Source: an archaeon
GTDB taxonomy: Archaea > Asgardarchaeota > Thorarchaeia > Thorarchaeales > Thorarchaeaceae
Direction of reading: 5' to 3'
Assembly (NCBI GenBank): GCA_024276825.1
Contig: JAJRWI010000038.1
Coordinates: 1-13,499 of the forward strand
Length of the DNA: 13,499 bases
This document shows positions 1-8,047 of this stretch, piece by piece. Under the pieces are notes generated by a model. The model had not been told where the DNA came from and did no database searches. It worked only from the letters and a program-made list of their open reading frames with translations. The position numbers and the translations under genes are program-made. Position 1 is the first letter of the stretch. Every line of letters starts with the position of its first letter.

Positions 1-158
1 ATTCTACGTTGCCGTTCTTGCCATGATTTAAATCTCTCAATGGATTTCGACAGCTCGTACAAGGGTTCTTTTCTATTTTTCTCTCCAATTGCTAAATGGA
101 GCTTATATTTAGCCAGATCTTTCTTCTGTATTGGAACAACATCAAGAAGTTTAATCAT
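1..158 (-). CDS. 5' part of a gene running off the window edge; possibly a GIY-YIG nuclease-family protein
   Basis: Not in the ORF track; translated by hand. ATG at 158 with AAGGTGA SD upstream, open to position 1: MIKLLDVVPIQKKDLAKYKLHLAIGEKNRKEPLYELSKSIERFKSWQERQRR. The product guess is only a recalled resemblance (YKxHxA...EPL...WQ) to the N-termini of some GIY-YIG proteins; no catalytic motif is in view. Confidence 0.5.
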   Translation of the reverse strand, partial: MIKLLDVVPIQKKDLAKYKLHLAIGEKNRKEPLYELSKSIERFKSWQERQRR

Positions 159-432
159 TCTATTTCACCTTGCACTTTATATCCAATGTAAATTTTCAGC
201 GCATTTAAACTTCAGTGAGTTGGAATATAACGAAAGAGAAATGCATTGAGGAGTTCTATTTCGCCCGAGAACCATAATTGTGTTCACTCCTAAATTCATC
301 TTAGCGCTCTAGAATGCTTTTTCTAAACTACATCATGTTCGATTATTTGAATATAGCCAAGTGAATAACTTGCTCTTCTCAACATGGGCTTCCATCATTC
401 TATTCACAAGTATCGTACTGCATGCATATTCT

Positions 433-1386
433 TTACTTTAAGCCAATTGACTGCCGAAGTATTGGAAAGTCCAACTTCCCAGCAGAGTACTCCTTGCCTG
501 TCTTGATATCCTTGACAGTCACCCTTGCAGGGCTGAACAGTAAGGGATCGACCTTGTAGAAGTCAAAGTTGTAGCTCTTGAACAACTTGTAGAATGGTGT
601 CCCATACTGCTCGGATGATGATGAAGGCACCTTTGGGATCAACTCAGCCAGATCATCGTCATCATCGGGCTCGACCTCATAATAGGTGTCGCCTGCAAAC
701 AGAATGCAGTCATTAGTCACGCCCATTGCCTTCATGTCGTTCTTAGCGATTGGAGCAACGGGTGCAGTGCCCGTTCCGCTCTTAAGTTTGAATGGACTGA
801 ACTTCAACTCATGGAACTTGTGAGCCCCGACTTCAACAACACGCGCTGAGATCTGAATCGAGCCAACAAGGCAAGCTGTGGGTGCAACGACAATGTAGAG
901 ATCGGAAGGTCTGATGCCGCACTTTTCAGCAATGTACTCGGTCACGTTCTCTGGCGGAAACTCGCGGGTCTCAAGAACAATCACACCAATATTCGAATTA
1001 TCGCTATATTCCAATTCTTTGTAGAGTTTCTCAGTCTTTGCAAGTGCCCTTGCGGGTCCTGAAGCCATTGCAAAGTACTTGTCAACCTTGATTGTCCAAC
1101 CGGCATATTGAGACCCGAGACATGCTATTGGAACATTGTCAGTCTTGACCTCGACGGAGGGGAGAACATGTCCGCCAATATCGATCTCTCCCATGGTGAC
1201 AGTGCCAAGTCCGCCAAGGCAGATCTCACTTACCATGATTCCTGCTTCGTTTGAGCCAGGCACATTCACGCCAGCATCGATAATTGTGGCACCATTTGAC
1301 TGCTTGTGAATCTCGCAACCAATCTCGTCCTTCTTCTCAATCATCCTTTCTACAATCTTAAACGCACCATCGTTAACACTGACCAT
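433..1386 (-). CDS. mch: Methenyl-H4MPT cyclohydrolase (317 aa)
   Basis: MVSVN start, IDAGV, ICLGGLG, IACLGSQYAGW, SGPARAL, GSIQISARVVE, MGVTNDCI, FDFYKVDPLLFSPA are typical Mch motifs. Start moved to ATG 1386, just after the fwdC stop and a GAGGAG SD. Confidence 0.96.
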   Translation of the reverse strand: MVSVNDGAFKIVERMIEKKDEIGCEIHKQSNGATIIDAGVNVPGSNEAGIMVSEICLGGLGTVTMGEIDIGGHVLPSVEVKTDNVPIACLGSQYAGWTIKVDKYFAMASGPARALAKTEKLYKELEYSDNSNIGVIVLETREFPPENVTEYIAEKCGIRPSDLYIVVAPTACLVGSIQISARVVEVGAHKFHELKFSPFKLKSGTGTAPVAPIAKNDMKAMGVTNDCILFAGDTYYEVEPDDDDDLAELIPKVPSSSSEQYGTPFYKLFKSYNFDFYKVDPLLFSPARVTVKDIKTGKEYSAGKLDFPILRQSIGLK

Positions 1387-1387
1387 A

Positions 1388-1402
1388 TTGATCAACTCCT
1401 CA
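1388..1402 (-). repeat. 15-bp inverted repeat, left copy (TGAGGAGTTGATCAA); contains the fwdC stop and the mch SD
   Basis: Plus-strand ttgatcaactcctca at 1388-1402 is the exact reverse complement of 3262-3276. Confidence 0.9.
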
Positions 1403-2255
1403 AATGGGTGTTCTGCGACTCCCTTGCATATATCTCGAATCTGGGCTCGCCCTCTGAGAGGTCTCCCATGAACTTGATCCATTTCTCGGTGTATGAGATC
1501 TTTTCTGAAACAAAATCGGGTCGTCGGTCTTTAAGATATCGCAAATAATATCCTGTGAACTCTCGTTCTGAAACTCCGCTGAAATTGAATGTGGGCAGAA
1601 GGCGTTGAATCTTGCCAAGAACAAAGATCATTCCTTTTGTTGCCTCAACAGCCAGCCTGTCTCCAACATTTCCAACAATGATTATGGTTCCTCCTCGCAT
1701 TCTTGCTGCACACAGCTCGCCAACATTGCCTTTGACTGCAATGAACCCCTTTCTCATGTGTGATGCCATTTCATTTCCGACATTGCCTGCTACGTATACT
1801 CTGCCGCCCTGCATGCCTTCAGGAGTTCCACGATATCCTGCGCATAGACAATCACCAGCATCTCCTTCTATCTGAATATTCCCGCCTTTCATCTCAGCAG
1901 CAGCCCATGCGCCAACCGAACCTGTGACATGTATACGGCCAGCGATCATCTCTGCACCAAGATACATTCCTGTATCTCCTTCGACCTTGATGGTTCCTCC
2001 ATTCATTCCCTTGCCGATCATCTTGACCTTTCGAAGATTGCCTTTGACAACAATGTGGGTCTCGTTCACATCCTCGGTCTTCTCACCAGTGATATCGAAG
2101 AAATCAGATAATGGACGTGTTGAGTTTCCCTGAATGACAGGAAGTTCTCCAATCTGGGCCATTGTCTTTCCAACAAAATTACTCGGAGTGATCGAGTCTG
2201 CTTCAATAGGGATATCCGGAGCCTCTTTCATAGTGAGTGTGATTGTCATTTCCAT
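1392..2255 (-). CDS. fwdC: Formylmethanofuran dehydrogenase subunit C (beta-helix)
   Basis: PIEADSITP...GN...LSDFFDI N-terminus, repeated GxxMxGGxIxVxG motifs, GYRG..EGMQGG, LLPTF, FMGDLSE. Start is ATG 2255 or 2249 rather than the ORF-track GTG at 2288. Confidence 0.94.
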   Translation of the reverse strand: MEMTITLTMKEAPDIPIEADSITPSNFVGKTMAQIGELPVIQGNSTRPLSDFFDITGEKTEDVNETHIVVKGNLRKVKMIGKGMNGGTIKVEGDTGMYLGAEMIAGRIHVTGSVGAWAAAEMKGGNIQIEGDAGDCLCAGYRGTPEGMQGGRVYVAGNVGNEMASHMRKGFIAVKGNVGELCAARMRGGTIIIVGNVGDRLAVEATKGMIFVLGKIQRLLPTFNFSGVSEREFTGYYLRYLKDRRPDFVSEKISYTEKWIKFMGDLSEGEPRFEIYARESQNTHLRS

Positions 2256-2367
2256 CGAAACCTTTGCTAAATATGCATAAAACCACAAGATAAATTCTTT
2301 GAATAGATTTTAGGAAAAAAGAAAAGGAGGAGTGTTCTACAAGTATGAACAAGAGGAGAGATATTTC
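2256..2367. promoter_or_regulatory. Divergent promoter region for fwdC-mch and ftr-fwdDBA
   Basis: AT-rich 112-bp gap between divergent starts. TTTTATGC on the minus strand lies ~25 nt before the fwdC ATG; GAGGAG SD at 2353-2358; imperfect palindrome TGTTC-N9-GAACA at 2333-2351. Confidence 0.6.
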
Positions 2368-3264
2368 ATGGAAATCAATGGTGTGCCCATCGATGATACT
2401 TTTGCAGAAGCATTCAGTATGCATATGAATAGAACAATAATCACGGCATATGATGAGGAATGGGCACGAACTACGGCTCTTGAGACCACAGGATTTGGGA
2501 CATCGGTGATTATGACGCCATCAGAGGCTGGAATCGAGTATGTTTTGAAACCTGACCAGACACCTGATGGACGTCCTGGGGTCCGAGTGATATTTGCAAC
2601 GGCTAAGAAAGAAAAACTCGAAAAGCAACTGCTTGCCCGATTGGGCCAATGTGTCCTAACAAGCCCGACTGCATGCGCCTATGACGACACACCGAATGCC
2701 AAAGAGACCTATAGGGTTGGAAAACTGATCGCAATGTTCGGTGATGGGTACCAGATCAAGAAGGGGCCAATTGATGGACGTATCTTGTGGCTCGTTCCTC
2801 GAATGAGTGGGACCTTTGTGATTCAAGAGAACTTCGGACGAACCAAGGGTGTGGCTGGAGGAAACATCATCTACTTCTGCAAGGACATCAAGAGTGGGAT
2901 GGAGAGCGGCAAGGCTGGTGTAAGAGCGATCGAGTCAGTAGAAGGGGCCTACACTCCATTTCCTGGAGGTCTCGTAGGTTCTGGTTCAAAGCCAAAGTCG
3001 AGATACAAGGCTCTCTTTGCTTCTACAAATGAGCGGTACTGCCCGACATTGAAAGGGATCATTCCTGACTCCTATGTGCCTGACGGAAGTGAGTTCGTTG
3101 TGGAGATTGTCATAAACGGACTGACTGAGGAAGCTGTTGCACAGGCCATGAAGGCTGCGATTCTTGAGATCACAAAACATCCGGGTGTCATGAGGATCTC
3201 TGCGGGCAATTTTGAAGGCAAGCTTGGAAAGTACAAGATTCACCTTCATGAGTTGGGATGGTGA
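2368..3264 (+). CDS. ftr: Formylmethanofuran:H4MPT formyltransferase (298 aa)
   Basis: MEINGVPIDDTFAEAF start, TGFGTSVI, EAGIE, TPDGRPG, RLGQCVLTSPT, FGDGYQ, GVAGGN, PFPGG..GSGSK, ASTN, EIVINGL, ISAGNFEGKLG. ATG 2368 follows a GAGGAG SD. Confidence 0.97.
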   Translation: MEINGVPIDDTFAEAFSMHMNRTIITAYDEEWARTTALETTGFGTSVIMTPSEAGIEYVLKPDQTPDGRPGVRVIFATAKKEKLEKQLLARLGQCVLTSPTACAYDDTPNAKETYRVGKLIAMFGDGYQIKKGPIDGRILWLVPRMSGTFVIQENFGRTKGVAGGNIIYFCKDIKSGMESGKAGVRAIESVEGAYTPFPGGLVGSGSKPKSRYKALFASTNERYCPTLKGIIPDSYVPDGSEFVVEIVINGLTEEAVAQAMKAAILEITKHPGVMRISAGNFEGKLGKYKIHLHELGW

Positions 3265-3276
3265 GGAGTTGATCAA
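3262..3276 (+). repeat. 15-bp inverted repeat, right copy (TGAGGAGTTGATCAA); contains the ftr stop and the fwdD SD
   Basis: Exact inverted match to 1388-1402. Confidence 0.9.
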
Positions 3277-3278
3277 GC

Positions 3279-3668
3279 ATGAATAAAGTAGGTGTTAAAG
3301 TCACACTAGTTTCAGGTCGCACCTTGATGCAAGGCAAGACCATGGAGAAAGGCAAGACAAGTCAGGAATACTTCGAGGCGGTGAGCTATTGCGAGATTGA
3401 TGCTACAACTCTGAAGGCACTGGGAATTGAGGCAGGCGATCCAATTCAAATTGAAACTCAACTGGGCACAGTAGTTGTAAGAAGCAAGCTTAACAAGAAT
3501 CTCACACCCGGAATTGCATTCATTCCTTGCGGACCTTACTTCAATGCTCTAATTGGTTCCTATACAGGGCAGACTGGCATGCCAATTTACAAAAACATTG
3601 AAGCAACCATCTTCCCTGCTCCAGAAGAGAAGATTCCAACGATTGATGAGATTACGGGGGATAAGTAA
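3279..3668 (+). CDS. fwdD: Formylmethanofuran dehydrogenase subunit D (pterin dinucleotide-binding)
   Basis: LVSGRTLMQG...K.SQEY, GTVVV, FIPCGPYFN, TGMPIYK; lies directly before fwdB. Confidence 0.93.
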   Translation: MNKVGVKVTLVSGRTLMQGKTMEKGKTSQEYFEAVSYCEIDATTLKALGIEAGDPIQIETQLGTVVVRSKLNKNLTPGIAFIPCGPYFNALIGSYTGQTGMPIYKNIEATIFPAPEEKIPTIDEITGDK

Positions 3669-3669
3669 G

Positions 3670-4968
3670 ATGAGCGAAACCAGAAAGACAATTGAAAATG
3701 TTCCATGCACATTTTGTGGATGCCTCTGTGATGATCTGATAATAGAGATTGAAGATGGACAGATTGTGAAGAATACAAACGGATGTGCAATCTCGAAGGA
3801 GAAACTTCTCGGTTGCAACGAGAATCGTTTGCTTCAACCATTAATTAATGGAAGTCCTGTTTCGTTGGATGATGCCATTCAGCACGTAGCAGAGATCATA
3901 GCATCTTCAAGGCGATTGCTAATATATGGTCTGAGCTCAACGGAGAACGATGCTCATCGCGAAGCATACAAGATTGCAGAACTTGTCCGCGGGGTTGTTG
4001 ACAATACCTCTTCAGTCTGCCATGGTCCTACGATACTAGGCGTCCAGAGTTCTGGTGAACCAAATGCAATGCTTGCTGAGGTGAGAAATCGCTCGGACCT
4101 GATTATCTACTGGGGCTCTAATCCTGCTGCTGCACATCCCAGACACATTCCTCGTTATATCAAGAAAGAAGGCGAATACATCAAAGATCCAAAAGAAGAC
4201 CGTGAGATCTGGCTGGTGGATATACGAAGAACGACCACAGCAAGGATGGTTAACAAGTTTATACAGATAAACCCTGCTTCAGACCTTGAGGTTTTACTGA
4301 CCCTTCGTGCACTTGTGCGCGGACATGTATTAGATGTTGATGAAGTCGGCGGTCTGAAGATCGATCAATTGAAAGAAATGGCAGAACACATGAAGTCTGC
4401 CAAATATGGCACACTTTTCTTTGGTCTGGGCCTGACACAGAGCAGAGGCAGCCATCGGAATATCGATGCTGCTATTAGACTAATTCAAGACCTGTCTGCT
4501 CATACCAAATGGACGATGATGCCCATGCGAGGCCACTATAATGTGGCTGGTGCAAATAAGACCTCTACTTGGATGACCGGATATCCCTATGCAGTTGACT
4601 ATGCGCGAGGATACCCAAGATACCAACCGGGCGAATATACTGCTGTTGATATCTTGGCCAATGGTGAGGCTGATGCACTTCTTAACATTGCATCAGATCC
4701 CGTGGCACACTTTCCGATTGATGCTGTTGAGCACATCAAAAAGATTCCAGTCATCAACATTGATCCCAAAATCAACATGACATCCAAACTAGCCGAGGTC
4801 AACATTCCATCAGCCATTGCAGGAATAGAATGTGATGGTGCTGCCACAAGAATGGATGGCCTGCCCATCTACCTCAAGAAAGTCATAGACCCCCCTGAAG
4901 GCATACTTCCTGATAGAGAAATATTGCGAATGATCTATAATTCTCTGATGAAGGTGTTAAAGAAATGA
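3670..4968 (+). CDS. fwdB: Formylmethanofuran dehydrogenase subunit B (Mo/W-bis-pterin catalytic subunit, Cys form; 432 aa)
   Basis: CTFCGCLCDD..C Fe-S motif, DNTSSVCHGP metal-ligand Cys (TGC at 4018-4020), EVRNRSD, WGSNP..AHPRH, PMRGHYNVAG, TGYPYAVD, RMDG. Start ATG 3670. Mo versus W cannot be decided from sequence. Confidence 0.95.
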   Translation: MSETRKTIENVPCTFCGCLCDDLIIEIEDGQIVKNTNGCAISKEKLLGCNENRLLQPLINGSPVSLDDAIQHVAEIIASSRRLLIYGLSSTENDAHREAYKIAELVRGVVDNTSSVCHGPTILGVQSSGEPNAMLAEVRNRSDLIIYWGSNPAAAHPRHIPRYIKKEGEYIKDPKEDREIWLVDIRRTTTARMVNKFIQINPASDLEVLLTLRALVRGHVLDVDEVGGLKIDQLKEMAEHMKSAKYGTLFFGLGLTQSRGSHRNIDAAIRLIQDLSAHTKWTMMPMRGHYNVAGANKTSTWMTGYPYAVDYARGYPRYQPGEYTAVDILANGEADALLNIASDPVAHFPIDAVEHIKKIPVINIDPKINMTSKLAEVNIPSAIAGIECDGAATRMDGLPIYLKKVIDPPEGILPDREILRMIYNSLMKVLKK

Positions 4969-6713
4969 ATGATGAGATTGTATTAAAGAATGGTAGGGTC
5001 TTTGACCCTATGAATGGCATTAATGGTGAGATAAAGGACATCTGCATATCGAATGGCAAGATCGTTGAGAAAGTGTCAGGAAGTGCCAAAGAAATAGACC
5101 TGAAGGGTTCGACTGTAATGCCAGGTGGTGTCGATATGCACACTCACATTCTTGGCTCAAAGGTCAATATGGCAAGAATGATGTGTCCTGAAACAAATCG
5201 ACATTCTCCCTACTTGGCGACTAAGAACACAAGAGGAGGAGTTGGCGGAATCACGCCTAACTCCTATGTCACTGGTTATCTCTATTCAATAATGGGATAC
5301 ACAACAGTAGTGGAGCCCGCACTGCCTCCCGAGAAAGCACTCAGTTCATGGGAAGAGATTGAAGACATCCCTGGACTTGATATTGGCCTATTGCCGCTAT
5401 TTGGCAACAGCATGATCACTTTCAGGTATATCAAAGAAGGTGACGTCAATGGCTTGGCCGCATATATTGCGTGGATTCTGAAGAGTGTAGGGGGTCTTGG
5501 CGTAAAAGTCGTCAATCCAGGCGGTACCTATGCTTGGGCATATGGCGGCAATATCCGAGAGCTGGACACTCCAGTCCCTCAGTGGGATATTACTCCTAGA
5601 CAGATTATGCACGGTCTTGCAGAAGCCGTTGAGCTCTTGGGATTACCTCATCAGATGCATCTTCATCCCAATAACCTTGGTAAGGTTGGAAATGTTGAAA
5701 CAACAATAGCACAGCTTGAAGCATTAAAGTCTGTAAAGGGTCACAAGAAGGGAAGAAGTGTAGTCCATCTTACACATATGGCCTTTGATTGTCTGGGAAT
5801 GGTTGAAGATGGTAAGCCTGAATGGAAATACCTGGCCTCAGCTGGTGAAGAGTTTGCAAAGTACTTTAACAAGAATAAGCATTTTACTACGGACCTGGGA
5901 CAAATAACGTTTGGTCCGGTGATGACCATGACTGGCGATGGCCCGTTTCAGTTCTCATTGTATCAATTGACTGGTGGTAAGGCCAAGTGGGCGAATTTAC
6001 CTGTTGAAGTAGAACTGCCAGGCGGCGCTGGGATAGTCCCATTCAATTTTGTGCCCACAAGCCCTGCGCACTCATTGCAGTGGGCTACACCTTTAGAATT
6101 CGCACTTAATGTTGATGATATATGGAGATGCGTGATGACCACAGATCATCCCAATGGTGGACCTTTCATGAAGTATCCTCTGGTTATTGCTTGGCTCATG
6201 AGTAAGAAACTTCGCGGCGAATGGATTGAGAAGGCTCACAAACTAGTTCAAGAGAGGTCTCATCTGAGTGAGATAGAAAGAGAATACACCCTTGAAGAGA
6301 TAGCAATCACCACGCGTGCCGCTCCTGCGAAGATTCTGGGAATTGAAAGGACCAAAGGACACCTTGGCATAGGCGCTGATGCTGACATCACTGTCTATGG
6401 CTTTGATTCAGAGAAACTCAATTTGGCAGCCAACCCGGAAAAGATCATCAAGCACTTTTCACAGGCGAAATATACTTTCAAGGGCGGAGTTCAGGTCGCA
6501 AAGAAAGGCGTTGTTGGAAAGCATCTTCATGCTAGGGTCTTCTCAATACATCCGAGATTGGATGATGGTCTTTCGATCCGCTCTGAGAAAGAAATAGCAG
6601 ACATGATTGGTAAATGGTACTGTCATTCATACGAAAACTATACTGTTCCCGCCAGATATCGTGAGCATCTTGAGATTCCAACAGAAATAGATTCTACATC
6701 GATCAGTGCATAA
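4965..6713 (+). CDS. fwdA: Formylmethanofuran dehydrogenase subunit A (binuclear amidohydrolase)
   Basis: VFDP.NGI.GE..DI, PGGVDMHTH, MGYTTVVEP, KVVNPGG, HLHPNNLG, HLTH, DLGQITFG, TMTGDGP, TTDHPNGGPF, TRAAPAKILG. ATGA overlap with fwdB. Confidence 0.96.
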   Translation: MNDEIVLKNGRVFDPMNGINGEIKDICISNGKIVEKVSGSAKEIDLKGSTVMPGGVDMHTHILGSKVNMARMMCPETNRHSPYLATKNTRGGVGGITPNSYVTGYLYSIMGYTTVVEPALPPEKALSSWEEIEDIPGLDIGLLPLFGNSMITFRYIKEGDVNGLAAYIAWILKSVGGLGVKVVNPGGTYAWAYGGNIRELDTPVPQWDITPRQIMHGLAEAVELLGLPHQMHLHPNNLGKVGNVETTIAQLEALKSVKGHKKGRSVVHLTHMAFDCLGMVEDGKPEWKYLASAGEEFAKYFNKNKHFTTDLGQITFGPVMTMTGDGPFQFSLYQLTGGKAKWANLPVEVELPGGAGIVPFNFVPTSPAHSLQWATPLEFALNVDDIWRCVMTTDHPNGGPFMKYPLVIAWLMSKKLRGEWIEKAHKLVQERSHLSEIEREYTLEEIAITTRAAPAKILGIERTKGHLGIGADADITVYGFDSEKLNLAANPEKIIKHFSQAKYTFKGGVQVAKKGVVGKHLHARVFSIHPRLDDGLSIRSEKEIADMIGKWYCHSYENYTVPARYREHLEIPTEIDSTSISA

Positions 6714-6743
6714 AAATAGAATGAGGGGGGTTTCCCCTCCTCA
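6711..6743. terminator. Hairpin between convergent fwdA and oxidoreductase; probable terminator
   Basis: TGAGGGGGG-TTTC-CCCTCCTCA (6722-6743) forms a 9-bp stem with one G-U; on the minus strand it is followed by TTCTATTTTTA. Confidence 0.55.
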
Positions 6744-6750
6744 AAATATA

Positions 6751-7785
6751 CTAAATTGGGTCAGATACTATCTTCAGAGACCACTTCATTGCTTCTATGG
6801 CGTCATGATAGTCGCATTCTGGCTTCTCCTTGCCAAGACATGCCTGAACGAAGTGCTCTATCAGTTGACGATGTCCCCAGACACGTGCACCCTTGGGTTC
6901 AATTGTCCATTCTTCTTTCTCATCGCCCTCGCCATAGAGAGTGACAACGAAGTTCCATTTGGCAGGATCCCATTGAACAGCGATGATCTTTCCATTATTC
7001 CCAAATATCTCATATCTGCTGGTGTCTTGCCCTTTGACAACCGAAGAGCCATACATCACTTTGCCGACAGTGCTATTAGCGAGTCGGATTATGCCGACGG
7101 TCTGGTATCCTTTGAAGTTCTCGACTCCTTCAATCTCCATGTAGTTCGGAGCCCAACTCATGTTTTTGATCTCAGTGTTAAAGAACCAGCGAAACATGTC
7201 AAGGGACCACAATGACAGTGTAAAGTCGGGGTAGCCTCCGCTCTTTTCTTTGTCCCATGCCCATGATGTCAATGGCCACTGTTCTGCTAAGTCCTTTGCT
7301 GCAATGAACTCGCGAAATGTTATCGCTATTGCCTTTCCTACGGCCCCTTCGTCATAGAGTTCTTTTGCTTTGACATAGCCCGGGCATTTCCTGAAGTTAA
7401 GAATTGGCATTAGCACGACGCCTTGCTTCTCAGCCAGTTTGCCCAGCTCTTCAGCGCGCTCAAGGTTTGCTGCGATTGGCATTTCCAGATACACATGCTT
7501 ACCTGCCTCAAGTGCCTCCTTTGCCATTGGGTAGTGAAATGGGGTGGGTGTTGCAACGCATACTGCATCGACCTCTGGATCTTTACAGACCTCACTCCAG
7601 TCATAATATATTTTGATTCCATACTTCTCTTGCAGCTTCTTTGCAAACTCTTCACTCTTTCGCCCCTTTCTTGCTATTACTCCCAATAGCTTTGAGTTAG
7701 GCGCTTTTCGAAATGATGGCACATGTGCTTGACCACCAACAAAGCCGAGACCTGCACATACCGTTTTGAGTTCTTCTTCGCCCAT
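6751..7785 (-). CDS. Gfo/Idh/MocA-family NAD(P)-dependent oxidoreductase with atypical active site
   Basis: GLGFVG Rossmann motif, DPEVDAVCVATPTPFH..MAKEALEAGKHVYLEMP, NFR..P, WxWDKEKSGG, EIFGNNG; GAGGAG SD upstream. Confidence 0.9.
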   Translation of the reverse strand: MGEEELKTVCAGLGFVGGQAHVPSFRKAPNSKLLGVIARKGRKSEEFAKKLQEKYGIKIYYDWSEVCKDPEVDAVCVATPTPFHYPMAKEALEAGKHVYLEMPIAANLERAEELGKLAEKQGVVLMPILNFRKCPGYVKAKELYDEGAVGKAIAITFREFIAAKDLAEQWPLTSWAWDKEKSGGYPDFTLSLWSLDMFRWFFNTEIKNMSWAPNYMEIEGVENFKGYQTVGIIRLANSTVGKVMYGSSVVKGQDTSRYEIFGNNGKIIAVQWDPAKWNFVVTLYGEGDEKEEWTIEPKGARVWGHRQLIEHFVQACLGKEKPECDYHDAIEAMKWSLKIVSDPI

Positions 7786-7821
7786 TGCGTTATTTCTCCT
7801 CTCTAATTTTTATTTCTGGAG

Positions 7822-7881
7822 ATGCCTAGCTATTTCAGGACTGGATTGTTCCATCAACCCAGCGACAGCAAAGCTAGACAT
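7822..7881 (-). promoter_or_regulatory. Candidate structured 5' leader RNA of the oxidoreductase
   Basis: On the minus strand AUGUCUAGCU pairs with AGCUAGGCAU (10 bp) and encloses CUGGGUUG-auggaa-CAAUCCAG (8 bp). Each stem has one G-U pair that works only on this strand. Confidence 0.4.
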
Positions 7882-8047
7882 TCGAATTTATAATTGAATT
7901 ATGAATCAGTTGTCCCTTTTAAGAGCTAGGTCTCATGTGGGTTGCTCAAGAATCGTCGTCAGTAAGGCCTTTTTGCAGCATTTCAAATAAAATTAATCGA
8001 GCTAATATTAGCGATGTCGAACATGTTTTCAGGATGAAGCCTATGCT

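Noticed and set aside
40-249. 69-aa plus-strand ORF
   Set aside because: Overlaps the better-supported minus-strand gene starting at 158.
1387-1482. Longer ORF-track starts for mch (also fwdC 2288, ftr 2332, fwdB 3553)
   Set aside because: They overlap neighbouring genes or the promoter; family-typical N-termini and SD sites support the downstream ATGs.
4018-4020. Selenocysteine form of FwdB
   Set aside because: The ligand codon is TGC (Cys); there is no in-frame TGA and no SECIS was recognised.
433-6713. Evidence of methanogenesis
   Set aside because: mch, ftr and fwd also occur in non-methanogens; no mcr or mtr in the window, and pathway direction cannot be inferred.
6706-7215. 169-aa plus-strand ORF and the other short ORFs inside mch, fwd, ftr, the oxidoreductase, DUF3786 and DUF166
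   Set aside because: Antisense or alternate-frame shadows of well-supported genes, with no recognisable motifs.
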